Counted from the first letter of the stretch, positions 34,285 to 48,107 are shown. The stretch: DNA of 64,000 bases from Psammoneis japonica (GCA_008632985.1 QPGO01000127.1:62001-126000); one strand, 5' to 3'. Notes: generated by a model from the sequence alone, not told the origin. Numbers and translations are program-made.

Positions 34285-37200
34285 ATGCAATCTACCATGA
34301 CAACCGTGGTGATTACACCCGCTCTTAAAACTGCTGTCACTTCATCGACTGCTGATGAGTTGCCTCCAGTGGCAGACGAGTTATCTGTTTTGAATGCGAT
34401 TCAGGCATGCACCAATCCCGATGCTTCCATACGACGCCCCGCCGAAGAAATGATGCAGAAATGGGAGCGCTCACCACGGCCGGGGTACCTTTCTCCCTCT
34501 TGACAGTGATGAGCACAACAACGGACCCCAATCTAAAGTTGTTGGCAGCGATTCTAATCAAGAATTCCATTCCTCATGTGTGGAGTTGGTCTCTTGATGA
34601 CGAAGAATCTACGAATGTGAATGATGTTCCTGAAAACATCACGCCTGAAGAACAATCGCTCCACACCGCTCGCTTCTCCGAACGAGCCGCAGTACGAGCG
34701 ACCCTTCCTTCTCTTCTGTTTCAAGAACAGAACGATCTCATTGCCTTACATTTAGGCCTGGCGCTCGCCAATATCGGTTTGTTTGATTTCCCCAAACAGT
34801 GGCCCACGTTGCTGCAGGACCTGGTAGAAGTAGCGTCTACCGCTACTCATGCAGCACCCATGCGCATCAGAGCCATTCGAGCTGTGCGGGATGTGCTACA
34901 GGCTGCCAGGCATCGTAAGTTGCTGGTCAAACAGGGAAAAGGTGGAGTCCGGACTTTGGTGGAACTCCAAGCGTTGTTGAGCAAGGCTGCCGAGTCTCGC
35001 CGTGAAACACTTGACCAAGCAGCAAAGACAGCTACAACCATCATGGCGGGAGCGATTGGACACGCACGCCAAGCATTGATGGGAACCAATTGGGAATTGG
35101 ATGCAACGCTGTGTGTGGGATACATGAAAAGCATGACGGAAATGCTTCCCATGATTGCGGGTGCGTCTGACTCCAACTCTTCTCAACATAAAAAAGAGGA
35201 AATCCGAGCCTTTTTCGAACAGGCGATTCTGATTATCGAGGAAACCAAGGTATACAATCGCCCGTATCCAGCGGCGGCGTGCGGTAATTGGAGAATTGGA
35301 CACGTTTGTGGGACAAGGTCCATCGTGCGACTCTAAATTGCTGCACGACCGCCGTGCAGGCTCTTCCCTTGGCTTTTGCTCCACACGTGACTCGGTGCCT
35401 CGAGAGTGTTGTGGGTATCATGTTGGTATTGGAGAATGTACAAGCGCTTCCCAACAAGAGACTTGTCGCATACGTGCGCTTTGTTCGGGCCGTTCTGACT
35501 TGTCGATTGTACGATCCGCACCCCGAAGCAGGAGCCACTGATACCCGGTCCATTGTTACTACACTCTTGGGACAAGAACCGTCCATCGTTCCATCCAAGG
35601 AAATTGATATGGATCCAGGCGTGCAGAGTTCTCGCAATGCCGTGGCAGGCTTGATGGGCGAAGGCCCGTGTGAACGACTTGTGCAAGCCTTGGTGACCAA
35701 GTTTATTCGTCTCACGGACAAGGAAGTCAACGAGTGGGATGCGGATCCCGAAGGAAGCTTTGAAATGGATCAAGCAGAACGAGCCATGCCGGAGCCAGAA
35801 ACTCCGCGGCTCTGTGGAGGAATCTTACTGACCGTCATGATGAATCGCGACGAATCACGAGTCAGTCAAGCTCTGCTCAATCTCACAAGGCAAGTGTGTC
35901 AACTTCCACCCGACGATTTGGTAGGCTTGCTAAATCGTGAAGCGTGCTATCATGCCCTAGAGATTTGCTTTCCCTTTATGCAAAAGGATAGCTTCAATTT
36001 TGGAGACTGGTGGAATGCCGAGTTGTCGATATTGCTACAGAGCAGTCTTACTCCGCAACACCCCGTTCCCATGCGGGCGTTGCAGGCACGTGCCGTGGAA
36101 GTCGTACAAGTATTTGGTAAATCCAATGCCATCCAAGAGTCGGACTTTCCACTTATCTTTCAGGCCGTTTCGCACTTATTGGTGGCACCTGACCTGGTCA
36201 CATCCCTGTATGCCGCTCGATGTCTCTATCATCTAGCGCTGTCTCAGGTCAAGAGCAAGGAAGAGGCAGACACTCCACAGCTCAAGGCTGTCAAGGAGCA
36301 TTCCATATCCGCCTTGGGAAATGCCTTTGCGCTAGCCAATCGTGTTTCCTCGGAAGAATGTCTTCGTACCACCTTGATGCTCGTCAGCGGTCTTGTAGAG
36401 GCCAATGGGACCTCCCTGGAACCGTGCTTGCATGCTATCGCAGAACAGTTGCCACCGCTATGGGAAAGGGCTGGTGATAGTGCCCCTATTCACTCGTGCC
36501 TTATTGCTGTGTTGAATCATCTGATCATGAAGATTGGGTACGTCGCTGTAGAGAATGCTCACGTTCAGAAAGTGCTATTCCCGCTGTTGGATTATTGTAC
36601 ATCTATTCGCGAGCCAAATCGTGCGGAGATACTGCTGGAGGATGGACTAAAGCTATGGTTTGTGACACTTCTGACGAGCCGCATGGCCACCATGGGATCG
36701 TCCTTGGCCTCCATGCTGCCGAGGCTCGAGGAGATCCTACGCAGTGGTCTTGAGCCACAGTTGAGTCTAAAAGTGATGCAATTCTACGCGGTCCTCATGG
36801 GTGCAAGCGTTGTGGAACCTCTTGCGGGAGTTTTGAGAACTCTTTTATTGAATTGTACGACATGCGTTGACGCCGAACCAAGAGACGGCGACACTGACAA
36901 AATGGAAGAGGACGAGGCAAAGCAGAAGCCCGAGGCTGACAAAAAGTCGTCGACAGTCAAAGATTGCGTTGCTGCCATGAACTTTGCAGACTCCCTACTA
37001 CGGCTTTTTCCTCAACTCGGGTATTCGATTTGTTATCCGTCGCTGTCAAAGGTGCTGACTGCGCTGCCGGGACGCCGAGCTTCATTCGCTTTGTTGGAGG
37101 GTGCATTCGGTGCTCTTTCCCGATTGCTGTGGTTCAGGCCGTGTGCGCTTGACGAAATTTTTGCTGACGATGACGACAAGAACAAACACATTGTCACTAT

Positions 37201-37612
37201 TGTTCGGACATGGATTCAAGTGTCATCGGGCCCATCCATTGTCTTTGTGCTGAACCCACGTTTACGGGCAATCAAGTTTGTTGACCAAAAGGCTGCAGCA
37301 TTGTCGCTCTGTGCTGCTGTTTGCCAGAGTCCCAACATGGCACGTTTGGTTGGTGAGTCCGTGCTTCAGTTCACGAAGGCGCTACAAAGAGTTGAATCGA
37401 AATCGAATATTGACGTTGATGCCCTTGTTGAAGCATCATGTGTCACAGCAAGAAACGTTGTTGGGGATGGCCCACTAGGGGACACGGCTTTGCGTACAAA
37501 AGAGATGCTAAAGGCGGATCCGTTGTTGACGGTAAGTTTGAAAGATGCGCTAGAACAGGCGTCACGTGCAGTGCCTGTAAATTCCGCCAGCACAACCCAC
37601 CGGGCGCAGTAG
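34285..37612 (+). CDS. IPO11: Importin-beta family protein, importin-11/Kap120-like (frameshifts near 34495 and 35285)
   Basis: IBN_N-like start (IRRPAEEMMQKWE...LLAAILIKNSI), IGLFDFPKQWPTLL, EVNEWDADPE and LLEDGLKLW. Confidence 0.75.
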
Positions 37613-37898
37613 CCGTTCGCTGGTTTTTTCTCTGTCAATACCTTTTCAGTCAGAGTAGTAAAATAGTAGTTGTTTCGTGCGATGAGTGCGACTAAGTTAG
37701 ACATGCATTTATGATTCGACTTCTTCGCACTAAATAACAACGGAAGAAGAGTCTACGAAAGAGTTTCGTATCTTAAAAATCTAGCTAAACTTGCTTCAAG
37801 CAATCGGGTGAACGGGTCGTGTGCTCCTCACCCAGAAAAGGCAAGGTGACCTCCATCATTTGAGGAAAGATTGGAGATCCCTTTGCCTATCAACAAAA

Positions 37899-39761
37899 CT
37901 AATGAAATATATTGGTGGAACGTTTTGTACGTTCCTCACCCAGAGACAAGGCGCGTTCTCGGTCTCTTGAAGAAACTTTCGATGTCCTTTCGCCTAGAGA
38001 TACGGCTCGCTTTCGTCGTACTTGCCATGCTCGACTGACAGAGGAGGACTTAAATGGCTTGCGCGAAGGTGGTTCTACGTAGCGAGTGCCGTCAGTGTCC
38101 TCGGACATGGATTGGAAAATCTCTACACGTTCAAGAGCACTCCTACCATTCTGATCTGTAGTCATTCCAAGCACACGCCTTGACTCTACAGCATCGAAAC
38201 GACCGTGTGATTCGTTGCTTGCCTCGCGCGAGGATGACTCATAGAGACGTCCGGTTTGCCTCGCTGATTGAGTCCACTCTGACATGTCTGAAGGAGTGAA
38301 CTCGTCTTCGTCTTGAGAGGATTCATAGAGACGTCCGGGTTGTCTCCTCGACCGTCTCGATTCTGAAGAGTCTTGCCGAGTACTGTGTTGTTCTTCTTTC
38401 AAACTGGGTCCCTGAGTCGGAGTTGCTGGGCGAGAGAACATCGACAGAGCTCTTGAAACGCCATTGCGGCTATCAGGTCGCTGCTGGTCTTGCGGTACTG
38501 GTGTAGGCGGATACGCGGTCAATGAAGTTCCGTTGTCGCCCAGCTCGATGTCAACTGGTGCATCAGACGGGAAACTGGAATTCACAATTTCATCCCTCTC
38601 GGAGAACGGAAGGATACAGGATATTAAGGCCCTCGCACGCCTTCTTGATGCAGAGCCTGAAGAGGTAGAGATGGAAAAATCGCTATCCTCTGGTAATTGA
38701 TCTAAGGCTAAGGATGCAATGCCCTTCGTGCAGTTCCCGAAACCTTGAGAATTCTTGTAGTAGCTGGAATGCTGTTCCTTCTTCAAGACTTGACAAACGG
38801 ACGAGAAAGTGGGACGGTGTTGTGCGTCATGATGCCAACAATCTTGAATCAATGCGAACAGCTCTGGGGATATGGATCCACTCTTGGATGATGCGAGATC
38901 CTTCAGAGGAGGACGACCCTTTCCCAATACAAATTCGGTGTGTTCGCTAATGATAAATCCTTGAAGGCTTGTTTCATGGTACAAATCTCCCAGAGTATCA
39001 AACCAAAGCTGTACACATCACTTGACAAGCCATATGGTTGACATAAAGCCATTTCCGGTGCCATATAGCGTGCTGTGCCTACCCGTCTCGAGACGTTTTC
39101 GCCGTCTGCTGTCTCCCGAGTGGTAAGCTCCTCCGCAAATCCGAAATCAAAGAGGCGGACCTCGCCTTTTGCATCAAACGCCACGTTCTGTGGCTTCAAG
39201 TCACGATAACATACTGATAGCGAATGAAGATACTCCATAGCACTAGCAATACCCAGAGCTATCGTTTGCAATCTCTGAGCCAAGTAGGTACCGAGCCCGT
39301 GCTTGTTGTTCTCTTCTTTTTCATCTGTCTCCAAGCTCGCAAGTTCTGATCCAAGGTTCCGTGTAATCGTTCAAGAACGAGGAAAACCCAGTCTCCATGA
39401 AAGACTCTGATATGCTTCCGCCCTTGATTCCGCAGAGCTTAATGATATTGGGATGATTAAGTCTCTGAAGCAACTTTGATTCCATAACCAGATCAATCGC
39501 TCCAGATTCAAAGTCCTTTTCTGATTCCATGACTTTCTTTTTCAGAATCTTGAGAGCATAATTGTACCCGTTCTCCATCTTAATTTGATAGACGGACGAA
39601 AAACTGCCGCTTCCCAAGAGCGGACCCACATGAAAGTCAGTCCAGTGAAACTCTTCAACCTTGTGTGCGACTACAAGTTTGGTACGTTCCTCATATGACC
39701 TTGTGTGTTCTTCTACCGCCTCGCACACGCTGCGTGCTCTAATGGGACAGTAGTCCATCAT
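37899..39761 (-). CDS. Protein kinase (TKL-like) with a long disordered C-terminus; frameshifts near 39380 and 38950
   Basis: LGSGSFSSVY, YALKIL, HPNIIKL, YRDLKPQNV, DFGFA, GTARYMAPE, DVYSFGLILWEI and CWHHDAQHRPTF. Confidence 0.9.
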
Positions 39762-40380
39762 TCTTCAAACTATCTTAGATTATTGTTACTGCGCTAGGCC
39801 GTTTGCCTTGTTGCCATGGTTGAACGCACTTTGGAGTGAAGTGGTACCATGGGGATAATAATTATGCGTGAGATTTTCGCAAACGCGATGCACTCGTGGA
39901 TTCATTACGGAGAATGGACGTTGAAACGAACGTACGTCGGATTTTCTCCGCAATGTTACTTAGGGTTGGATTTTCTCCGTGCAAAGTTAGTTAGGGTTGG
40001 CTTACCGATTTCCATGTGCATCACTTTTTCGGTTAAATCGAAGAGCAGGTATTCAGCATTCGTTTAACGCATGGATAAGAGAATCTAAAAGAACTGTCTA
40101 TTCCACGATCAGTTCAAGGTGGATCTGGTACAAATGACGTGGTGTCGAGAGATTGTCCAGTCAAGACTCCTTTGGAAAGTTCTCAATCAAACGTTTTACA
40201 CGTCGTTCAACTTTTCTTTATAATAGGTCATTGATGACGCCATGCGGCTTTGTTTTTGGATATCTTTTTGTCTGTATACGTTGAAGGGTGTGGTTGTCCA
40301 TTCCACGTTGAGATGACGCGGTGTATGTCAAGAGAATGTCCGTGTCAGGACTCGGAAAATTCTCAATCACGAGTTACATA

Positions 40381-42364
40381 CTACGAAATACCTAACAATT
40401 GTCATAATTAAAAGTTGCAAATTTCTTTTACAATTTTTCAGTCAACCTCAACAAAAGTTCAACAAAATTTGCGAGCTTCGCTCTCGTACACATGTACGTA
40501 CGGCTAGTACTCTGACGTCATGTGATGGCGGCAAGAATCATCAAAACTGATTCCATCAAACCAAAACGAGCAATGATCGTCTCATTGCGACGAGGAAATG
40601 GAAGCAGCAATGCTGTAGACTACACAATATACAATGCAGAATGACCCTGCGGATCAAAGGGCTTCTGCCCGTATTACCATTAGGGCACACAGAGAGCTTG
40701 GAATGACACGTGCGCGGCTTCCCGACCCATCTTACGTGGTGCATGCCTAGGGCATCCAGTTTGGTTCCGCGAAGCTGGACTGCAGCAATTCTTCAATGGT
40801 GACGACATCACTGTATCAATACGATTTATTGAGGCGAGTAGGAGGTACAGACCAATTTGCATTTGCTGATTTTGTCAACCAGGTGCTGTCTTCAATCGAG
40901 GCGAACCCAATTGCCGGTTTGGACGACCCACCGAATTGTGATGTGGGACAATCTCAACTCGCATCTCACTCCACTCGTAACCCAAACAGTGGAGGGTCGC
41001 AATACTCCAGGACATCACTTTCAAATAGCCCAGAGACCACCCTACTAGCCCAAGGATGGTCCTGTGGAGTGTGCTATTTGCCAGATCCTCACGGACCGGC
41101 TTTTTTCCCATCAACAGCCTCCACGATCTGGAGCAACAAATAATCTACACGGTTGCCGCCCAAGAGTTGCACGGTATTGCTAATACCTTCCACAACTGTG
41201 GCTACATTTGGAACTAGTGTGATAGAATAAGAAAAAATAGATAGAGGCCAACTCTACAATACTTTTTACTACTCGATAGAATGTCAATCCAACATCGACT
41301 AGTATTGATAGCTTGTGCTACTACCGGTATCGTGAGAGGTGCCAACAAATAGATACTATTTTTCAGTCAAGTCTACCATACAGCCTATTGCTCTATTGGA
41401 TATAGTAGCAAATCCTGCAATGCCAAGTCTCAAGTCCTTCCGCGGCGACATCATAATAGCTTCTGCTCTCGTCGCTACCTTGACTGGCGTCCATCATGCC
41501 ATTCCTAATGTTGTCTCCAATGATACCTTGAAGTATTTCAAGCTGCCTCTGTGGTGCAGCCCTGGTAGCCTGAGTCTCAAAATCATTTAGATGCTTTTCA
41601 AGGTAGGCATCCTTCATGATTTTGGTTCTCTGGATACAGAGAAATAGAAATCACAGTATCAGTAGAGCCACAATCAAAAGAACATGCAAACAATACTACC
41701 TTCAATAGACTTGCCTCGTGCATTGCGTAGCTTGCATCGTATGGGCAGCAACAAATAGCACAAGAACACATCCGTCCAGTCTGCGTTCCAGCTGCGTTTG
41801 CGCGCCGCCGCCGTCGCACCCGATATTTTGAGATTGTGGATCTCGGCGACAGCATGCTCCTCTGTCGGTCCTTGGAAGTTAGCCTTTACAGGCCTCTCCA
41901 TAAATGCTACCAATAGCTTGCGTTTGTTTTCTATCTTCATCACACTGCTTCCTTTCAGTGCGGTGAAGCCGATGTCGTCTTCAACACGACGACTCAACAC
42001 GACCCTGCAGCTCAACCGACGTCTGCTCCGGTGGCGGTTGAGTAGACGCTGCAGATTCATCCCCGGTATGATTGGGGATGCCTCTCGTGCCTGTATTGAC
42101 AATAGAAATGTTTGTTGGGAGCTGTGACATTGTTTATCAAGAGTATAGACAAGACGAGCAACGCCATCGTCAACCTTGACTGCGGATAAATTCTGGTGTT
42201 TTTCTTGGTCTGCCAGTCGTCAGAATCGAGTGTACTGAGAAGTCCGTAGGTTCTACGTGATGCCGAAACCGCGCCACTTTAGTTGAACTTTTGTTGAGGT
42301 TGACTGAAAAATTGTAAAAGAAATTTGCTACTTTTAATTATGACAATTGTTAGGTATTTCGTAG
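40381..42364. mobile_element. Non-autonomous Tc1/mariner-like DNA transposon: 83-bp TIRs, TA target duplication
   Basis: 40381-40463 is the reverse complement of 42282-42364 with one mismatch; TA at 40379-40380 and 42365-42366. No transposase motif recognised inside. Confidence 0.88.
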
Positions 42365-42457
42365 TAAGAGTTCAGCGCTGATTGCTGATTGCACCCGCAC
42401 TCGCGCGCTGGGGATGCGAGTGATGTGAAAACTAATGGCAACATACAGTATTTGTTT

Positions 42458-43755
42458 TTAGTTCTGTTCGTAAGTTGTTGGACACGAGGCTGCACCCAAC
42501 GCTACAAGTTCAGATCGTGACGATTCCGGTATCTTCAATTGATTCTCCTGAATGCCAAGCATGGTCATCGCCTGACGGATACTGGACTCAATCACTTTTT
42601 GCTTGGTGCCGCCTCCGATGACCAAGGCGTTTTGCAACGTCATGGGTGTGATGTTGGAATCCGTCAACGCCTTGGTCACGGTGCTGACAATCATTGTGGT
42701 TAAATCTGTCGGTTTGACTTGGTCCGAAAACACTGCGGTATTATCATCTTTTGCAAGTTGTTCTTGGATAGCTTGCAGTACTTCTTGTTCAACAATTGTT
42801 CGCGACAAGCGTGTATCCAAGTGCTGAGCTTCTCTTGTTTTTAGATCCATTCCAATATACGGTACGTGAATTTGTGCCTGAGCATGAGCATTGTATTCTT
42901 GGGTCGCCTCGGCGGCGGCTTGATACAGCCGTTGAACGGCCATTTCGTCTTTGTCCAAACCAACAATATCCAAATTTGTTTTCAGTAATAGTTTAACAAT
43001 GGCATCCAACCACATTTCGCCACAAAGAATGGGTAGCTCTGTGCAAATCACGACTTTGTTCTTTTGACAAATGCAAATCGTTGTGACTTGAGCACCGACA
43101 TCTAACACAAGAATGGGATTGCCATCATCCTGTGGCAAAATGCCTTCTTCTTGTGCACCCCAAATGGCAGCAACAGGCTCTGGAACTGCGACTTGTCCTT
43201 GCGGCAAATTGTAGTCCTTGTTGGGTGCACTGCAACAATAACTCGAAGATCGTCCTTTTCCAATGTCGTCTTGGCATACTCGAGTGGCAAGACGCTTGGC
43301 AAGACGGACTGATCCACAAAAGGCAATTTAACGTTGTTCTTTTCAAAGAACCGATCTTTAAAGTATTCCAGCATGGCATCTTCGCCCAACTTTTCTCCGT
43401 CAATGCCATTAAAGGTATACCGCGCTCCTTGTCGATTCACCAATACTTCTGGCTTGTTGTTTTTCGTAGAGGCCATTTTCAAATAACGCGAGCCCACGTC
43501 GATTCCCAGAGTCACCTTGGTATTGGCAACCGCATTTCTCTTTTCATATTGCTGCAATTCCCATTGATAGTCTTCCCATTCCGTGTCCATGCGCTGCAGG
43601 GCCTTGTACGTGTACCGTGCCGTGAGCAACACCAAACCTCCAACCACGAGCGGGAGAATTTCTTGTTTCTTGGTGGCATGATAATGACGAAGTGATGTTG
43701 CAGAGAACGCTTGTTTGACTCGTAAGCCTACAAGAAATCGAGACGCATTATTCAT
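42458..43755 (-). CDS. Atypical Hsp70/DnaK-like ATPase-domain protein with a putative mitochondrial presequence and TM segment; frameshift near 43200
   Basis: TLGIDVGSRY, PEVLVNRQGAR, VPEPVAAIWG, ILVLDVGAQVT, QIHVPYI, LVIGGGTK and ELVALGAA. Confidence 0.8.
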
Positions 43756-44263
43756 TGTGAGATTATTAGCTGCGTTTGAAATATATGTAGGAAGCTTCTG
43801 TGCCGTTCATTGCGATGTTGAGAGGCAGAAAAATGAGGTTGTCTGCGTGGCTGACGTTTCGTGCGGTGGCTGTGCGAGAAAAATGGCGGGAAACTGTCTG
43901 TGTTTGTGTGGCAACTTTGTGTGTGTGCATGTCTGTCCGTTGCCGTCAAGGCTCCATCCAACGCGTTTTCCAGTTTTTATGTCCTCGAACGCATTCACGC
44001 ATTGTTGGGGCAACAACACGACAGCGTTCCCATACTTTTGTTGTACAAGGAACGATTGTCCTCTTCAGCATTGTCTTTCTTCATAGCCTCTCTCAATAGC
44101 GTTGCTTCTCTTTGTTTAAGAAGGGAGAAAGTTACGTTGAAAACAAGAGTGGACAGGAAAGTGTGCTACTCCTAAAAAGTTGCATACTTTTTGCGTGCAA
44201 CACGTGCTTTAGGTGTTACTTTTTAAGTTATTTTTCAAGTTATAGGCCTTAATTTCGCACATT

Positions 44264-47200
44264 ATGAGCGAGACAAAGAAGAGAAATGCTGAACTATGGA
44301 TTGATGATTCGAGTTCCTCTTCCAGCAGTGAGACCAGCAAAAATACTGCAGAAGCAAACGGAGCGACCAACAGCGAAGATTCCAACAAGAAGGCCCGAGT
44401 GGCGAGAGGCGGCAGTTCTTCGGCAGTTTTGGAAGTTGAAACAGTCCCAAAAATTGATTTTACACCCCATGTAGCCAAGAAGCAGAATGCAAGCAGTAAA
44501 CAAGCATCGGAGATTGCCAAGAACTCACCTTCCTCCGAGGCTGAAGAGGTTGACGATGCATCTGTCGAGGAGGTGGTCACCAAGTACACTACCCTCCCTT
44601 CTGCCGAAACACTGAGTAGCAGTAAAAGTCGCCGAGTTACGAAATTGACGAATGCTCAGTTGGAAGAATTGGAACTTGTCTTACAGTTAGACCAAGAAGG
44701 TGGCTGGAGAGAAGATTGGATGGGCAACTTAGCTCTCCTGACAAAGGATGTCCCGAATCCAATCAATTCCTCCAGAACTGCAGGTGCCGCAACCTTACCC
44801 TTTTGGGAATGGTCCACGGCCTCCACTGTGGGTATATCGTGTCTGGCACTCGTTCGGTGTCTTTTTATTCATGTTTACTACATGGAGAAGACTCCAGACA
44901 TGGCGAAGCAGATTTTGGCTCAGGCCATTACCACGAGTAGCAATCTCATGGCTGCCACCAAGAGTACCAATCTCAAGAAGGGTGTGCTGGATATGATCAC
45001 TCTGGTTCAGTCCTTGTTTTATCATCCACTCGTTCTACAGCAAGACGGATGGACCACGAAACCGGCTTTAGAGAGCACGGAATACGCGTCGGGCGGACCG
45101 ACGCACATTGGCAAGCACATAGTATGGCAAAAGTACGAAGCCGTCGTGATTGCTTTTGTCAATGATGCGGATATTGGGGACTTGTGGAAATGCCTTTGGC
45201 TAGAAGACTTGGAAACCTTTGATTTGGAAGCCGGAGAATTGTTTCAAGCCGAGAAGCGGTACCAACGCACAAACAGGACGTCGACAACCACTACAAAATC
45301 ATCGAGATTTGCGAATGCAAGCAATTACACCGTCGATGGTATTGAACACGGTATTGTTCTGGCAGCGACTTATCATCCTTCTGCTCGTCCCGGAGTCATG
45401 TGGCCCGCACGGATTATGCATGTCTCAGAACACCAGTCATCCTCGCAGGCAAGACAGCGGTCGTCGTCCAAGAATAAAGTACAAGTGATATTTTTAGCTC
45501 CCTATTGGAATGGACGCGATGCAGTCCCCGGACGTAGAGGTGGTATTTTGGAATCGTATGGTGATAATCCGTCCGCTGTGAAAAGTATCTATTCATCAGG
45601 TCCACTGCTTGAACTGGACACTGTGGAGGTGTCCAAGGAATGTATTCAGAAATATCCGCATGGTGGCGATGAGTTGAATTTAGACCAGCTCCGTGTAGCC
45701 TTCAAGTTCACAGGGTTGCCCAAGGCAGCCTATGGTAGGTTTCTGGACAGCCATCGATTAGCCATGGCTTTAAAGACGTACGCTCGTCAAGAGCTCGCAG
45801 AGGCGAAAACGAGAAGGACCAACCAAGACACGCAAGCCATGGCCACGCTTACCGACACTCATGCCCTGGCAATTATGGTCCCCGTATTTCCATCCGCTTT
45901 GTTGCATTTGCCTTTCGATTACGTCTTGTCCAGTCTACCGAGTCATCAAGAACAAGAACAGAATGCAAGCGATGATTTTGCTGAAACCCTTGAGCCCGTG
46001 CTACAGTTAAATAGTATGCTTGAAGCCATGAAACCACCGCATTGCTGGGGACAAGAAAGCAACGGAGACGCTGAAGCTACGTTGTCTTTACAGAATGTCG
46101 CGCACTCTCCTGGAGTTAATAATCTTGCATCTCCTGCAAGACCAATGCTCTCAAATGGGCATGCTCATGGTCGCAATGAGGTGGATGACTCCGTTTGGGC
46201 ACTGGACAATTTTGTAAGCAAATACTTGATGACCTTGATTGCTTCTACCGAAGATGAGTATTCATCACCCTTGTCGAGGTTGGGAAGGGACCTGAATTTC
46301 GTCTTGACTAGCCTTCAAAAAGATCTATCGAGTCAACTTGAATCGGGTCGCCGTCAAGGCAGGTTGCGTGACTTGATCTATTTGTGCTTCATGACCAAGG
46401 TGAGTGGCCCTTTATCATTATCAAGGAAAGAGTCTGTAAGCTTGGTAGCTTATAATCTGTATGCGCCTTTGCATGGAATGCCTCAAATCAGAGTCATGGC
46501 GAAGACTTGATTTGCACCCATTGCCAGAGCACCGCCTCCACAGATGGTAATTCCCACAAGATGCTTACAGAATGGAGAAAGGCGTGCGAACGAATTTACA
46601 GGCGAGCCGTCTCTGAATTTTCAAACGCGGGCTTTGGTAACGGCGTCACCTTGATCGTGACGGATTCAAGGTGCAGTCAGCACATTACGCCCAGTGGATG
46701 TGTCGAACGACCGGTGCGTCTTCCAGCAGCCCTCAAGGGTGCCAAGATGGCTGGGGCCGGTGCAAGTCCCAGCGTGCAGTTTGTAATGAACGTGAACGAT
46801 CGGTACATTGACCTGGCGGAACAAAGCGTGTTGGAAAAGGCACACAAATTACATTATCTGAAAAGAATGAAATCCAGGTGCGTTGGTCTAGCCCCCGATG
46901 CTAAAGGAGTTCCCCTGACAGATGACAGTGATGGAAGAGGTGGCGAAGACACCAGTAAGTTCTATTGACGTAATGACAGAACTCTTCACAATGTTCAGAA
47001 TCGTTGCCAACACCTTGACTTTGTTGAAAAAAGTGGGATCTCGCGGTACCTACACTGCAGCAGTCAGTGGCGTGGCTGCCGCCCTTCAGTCTGTCGACGA
47101 TATTGTCGGTGGGAAATGTGTCAATGCGTTCTGTGCAACTCGGCCTCCAGGGCATCACGCGGGTCGTGACTTGCATGCCATGAAGGCCGTTTCAAATGGG

Positions 47201-48064
47201 TTTTGTGTGCTGAATCCAGCCGCATGTGCGGCTCTCTATGCAACGACGCCACAATCGCAAGGCGGACCTGGACTTCAACGAGTCTGTGTTATCGACTTCG
47301 ACGTACATCATGGTAATGGAACGCAAGATATACTCTGTTCTACGTATGATCCACGCTTCTTTTATGTGTCTCTCCATGCTGGTGGAGCTCACATCAATGG
47401 GTATGAACCAGAAGACGAATCGTTGGGCGGTGGAGGGCCATTTACTCCGGGCAGCAGCACTCCACAAAAGAACGGTATTTTTCCCGGTCGTTGCGGTGAT
47501 ACAAACCCGCATAAGGGTGTCTTGAATATTCCTCTGGGCGCCAGAGTGACTCCTCACGATGTTGGTAGTGCCATTGTGACAGTCGTGACGCCCGCTGTCG
47601 ATGCCTTTGCTCCCGACTTGATTATCTTGTCGGCAGGCTTTGACGCCCACAAAAACGACCCATTGGGGATGGGAGGGTTGTCTGCTCGAGACTTTGGAAG
47701 CATAACGGAGGTTGCGTGCTCCATGGCCAAACGTTCTTGTAGTGGTCGTGTCCTTAGCATTCTGGAAGGTGGGTATGGCGTCCCATGTTGCCGTCCACAA
47801 ACAGACTTGTTTCTTCCCAAGACTTCTGCTACTACGGAGAATGGCGACTCTGCAGACGCACAAGCCATCCCACAGGCAGCAGCCACTCAAGCGCAACCGC
47901 GCTTGTTTGACCTTGACGACGAGCTTCCAGAGCACATGGACGATCAACTCCCTCCGGGTCTGAGAAGAAAGTTGGATAAGTGCCACGCTGAGGGCTTTGT
48001 CGATTGCGTTTGTGAACACGTTCGGTCTTTGGCCAAGGGCAACGATAATATTGGCAAACCATAG
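44264..48064 (+). CDS. Large protein with a C-terminal class II-like histone deacetylase domain; introns ~46400-46491 and ~46955-47033
   Basis: ERPVRL, RPPGHHAG, NGFCVLN, IDFDVHHGNGTQDI, SAGFDAHKND and LEGGY; GT-AG introns join ORFs 44264-46510, 46507-46968 and 46922-48064 in frame. Confidence 0.88.
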
Positions 48065-48107
48065 ATTAATATTCTAGGTCTTAACAGGAGTTTTAAAAAG
48101 GCCGTTC

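Noticed and set aside
40140..40370. Imperfect ~55-bp duplication upstream of the kinase gene
   Set aside because: A short, diverged local duplication with no evident structure or function.
1413..43755. Single frameshifts in many host genes (membrane protein, DUF1769, CBS, HSF, importin, kinase, Hsp70-like) read as pseudogenisation or programmed frameshifting
   Set aside because: Unrelated genes with otherwise intact motifs and no shared slippery site are affected. Uncorrected long-read indel errors are the simplest explanation; read mapping is needed to confirm.
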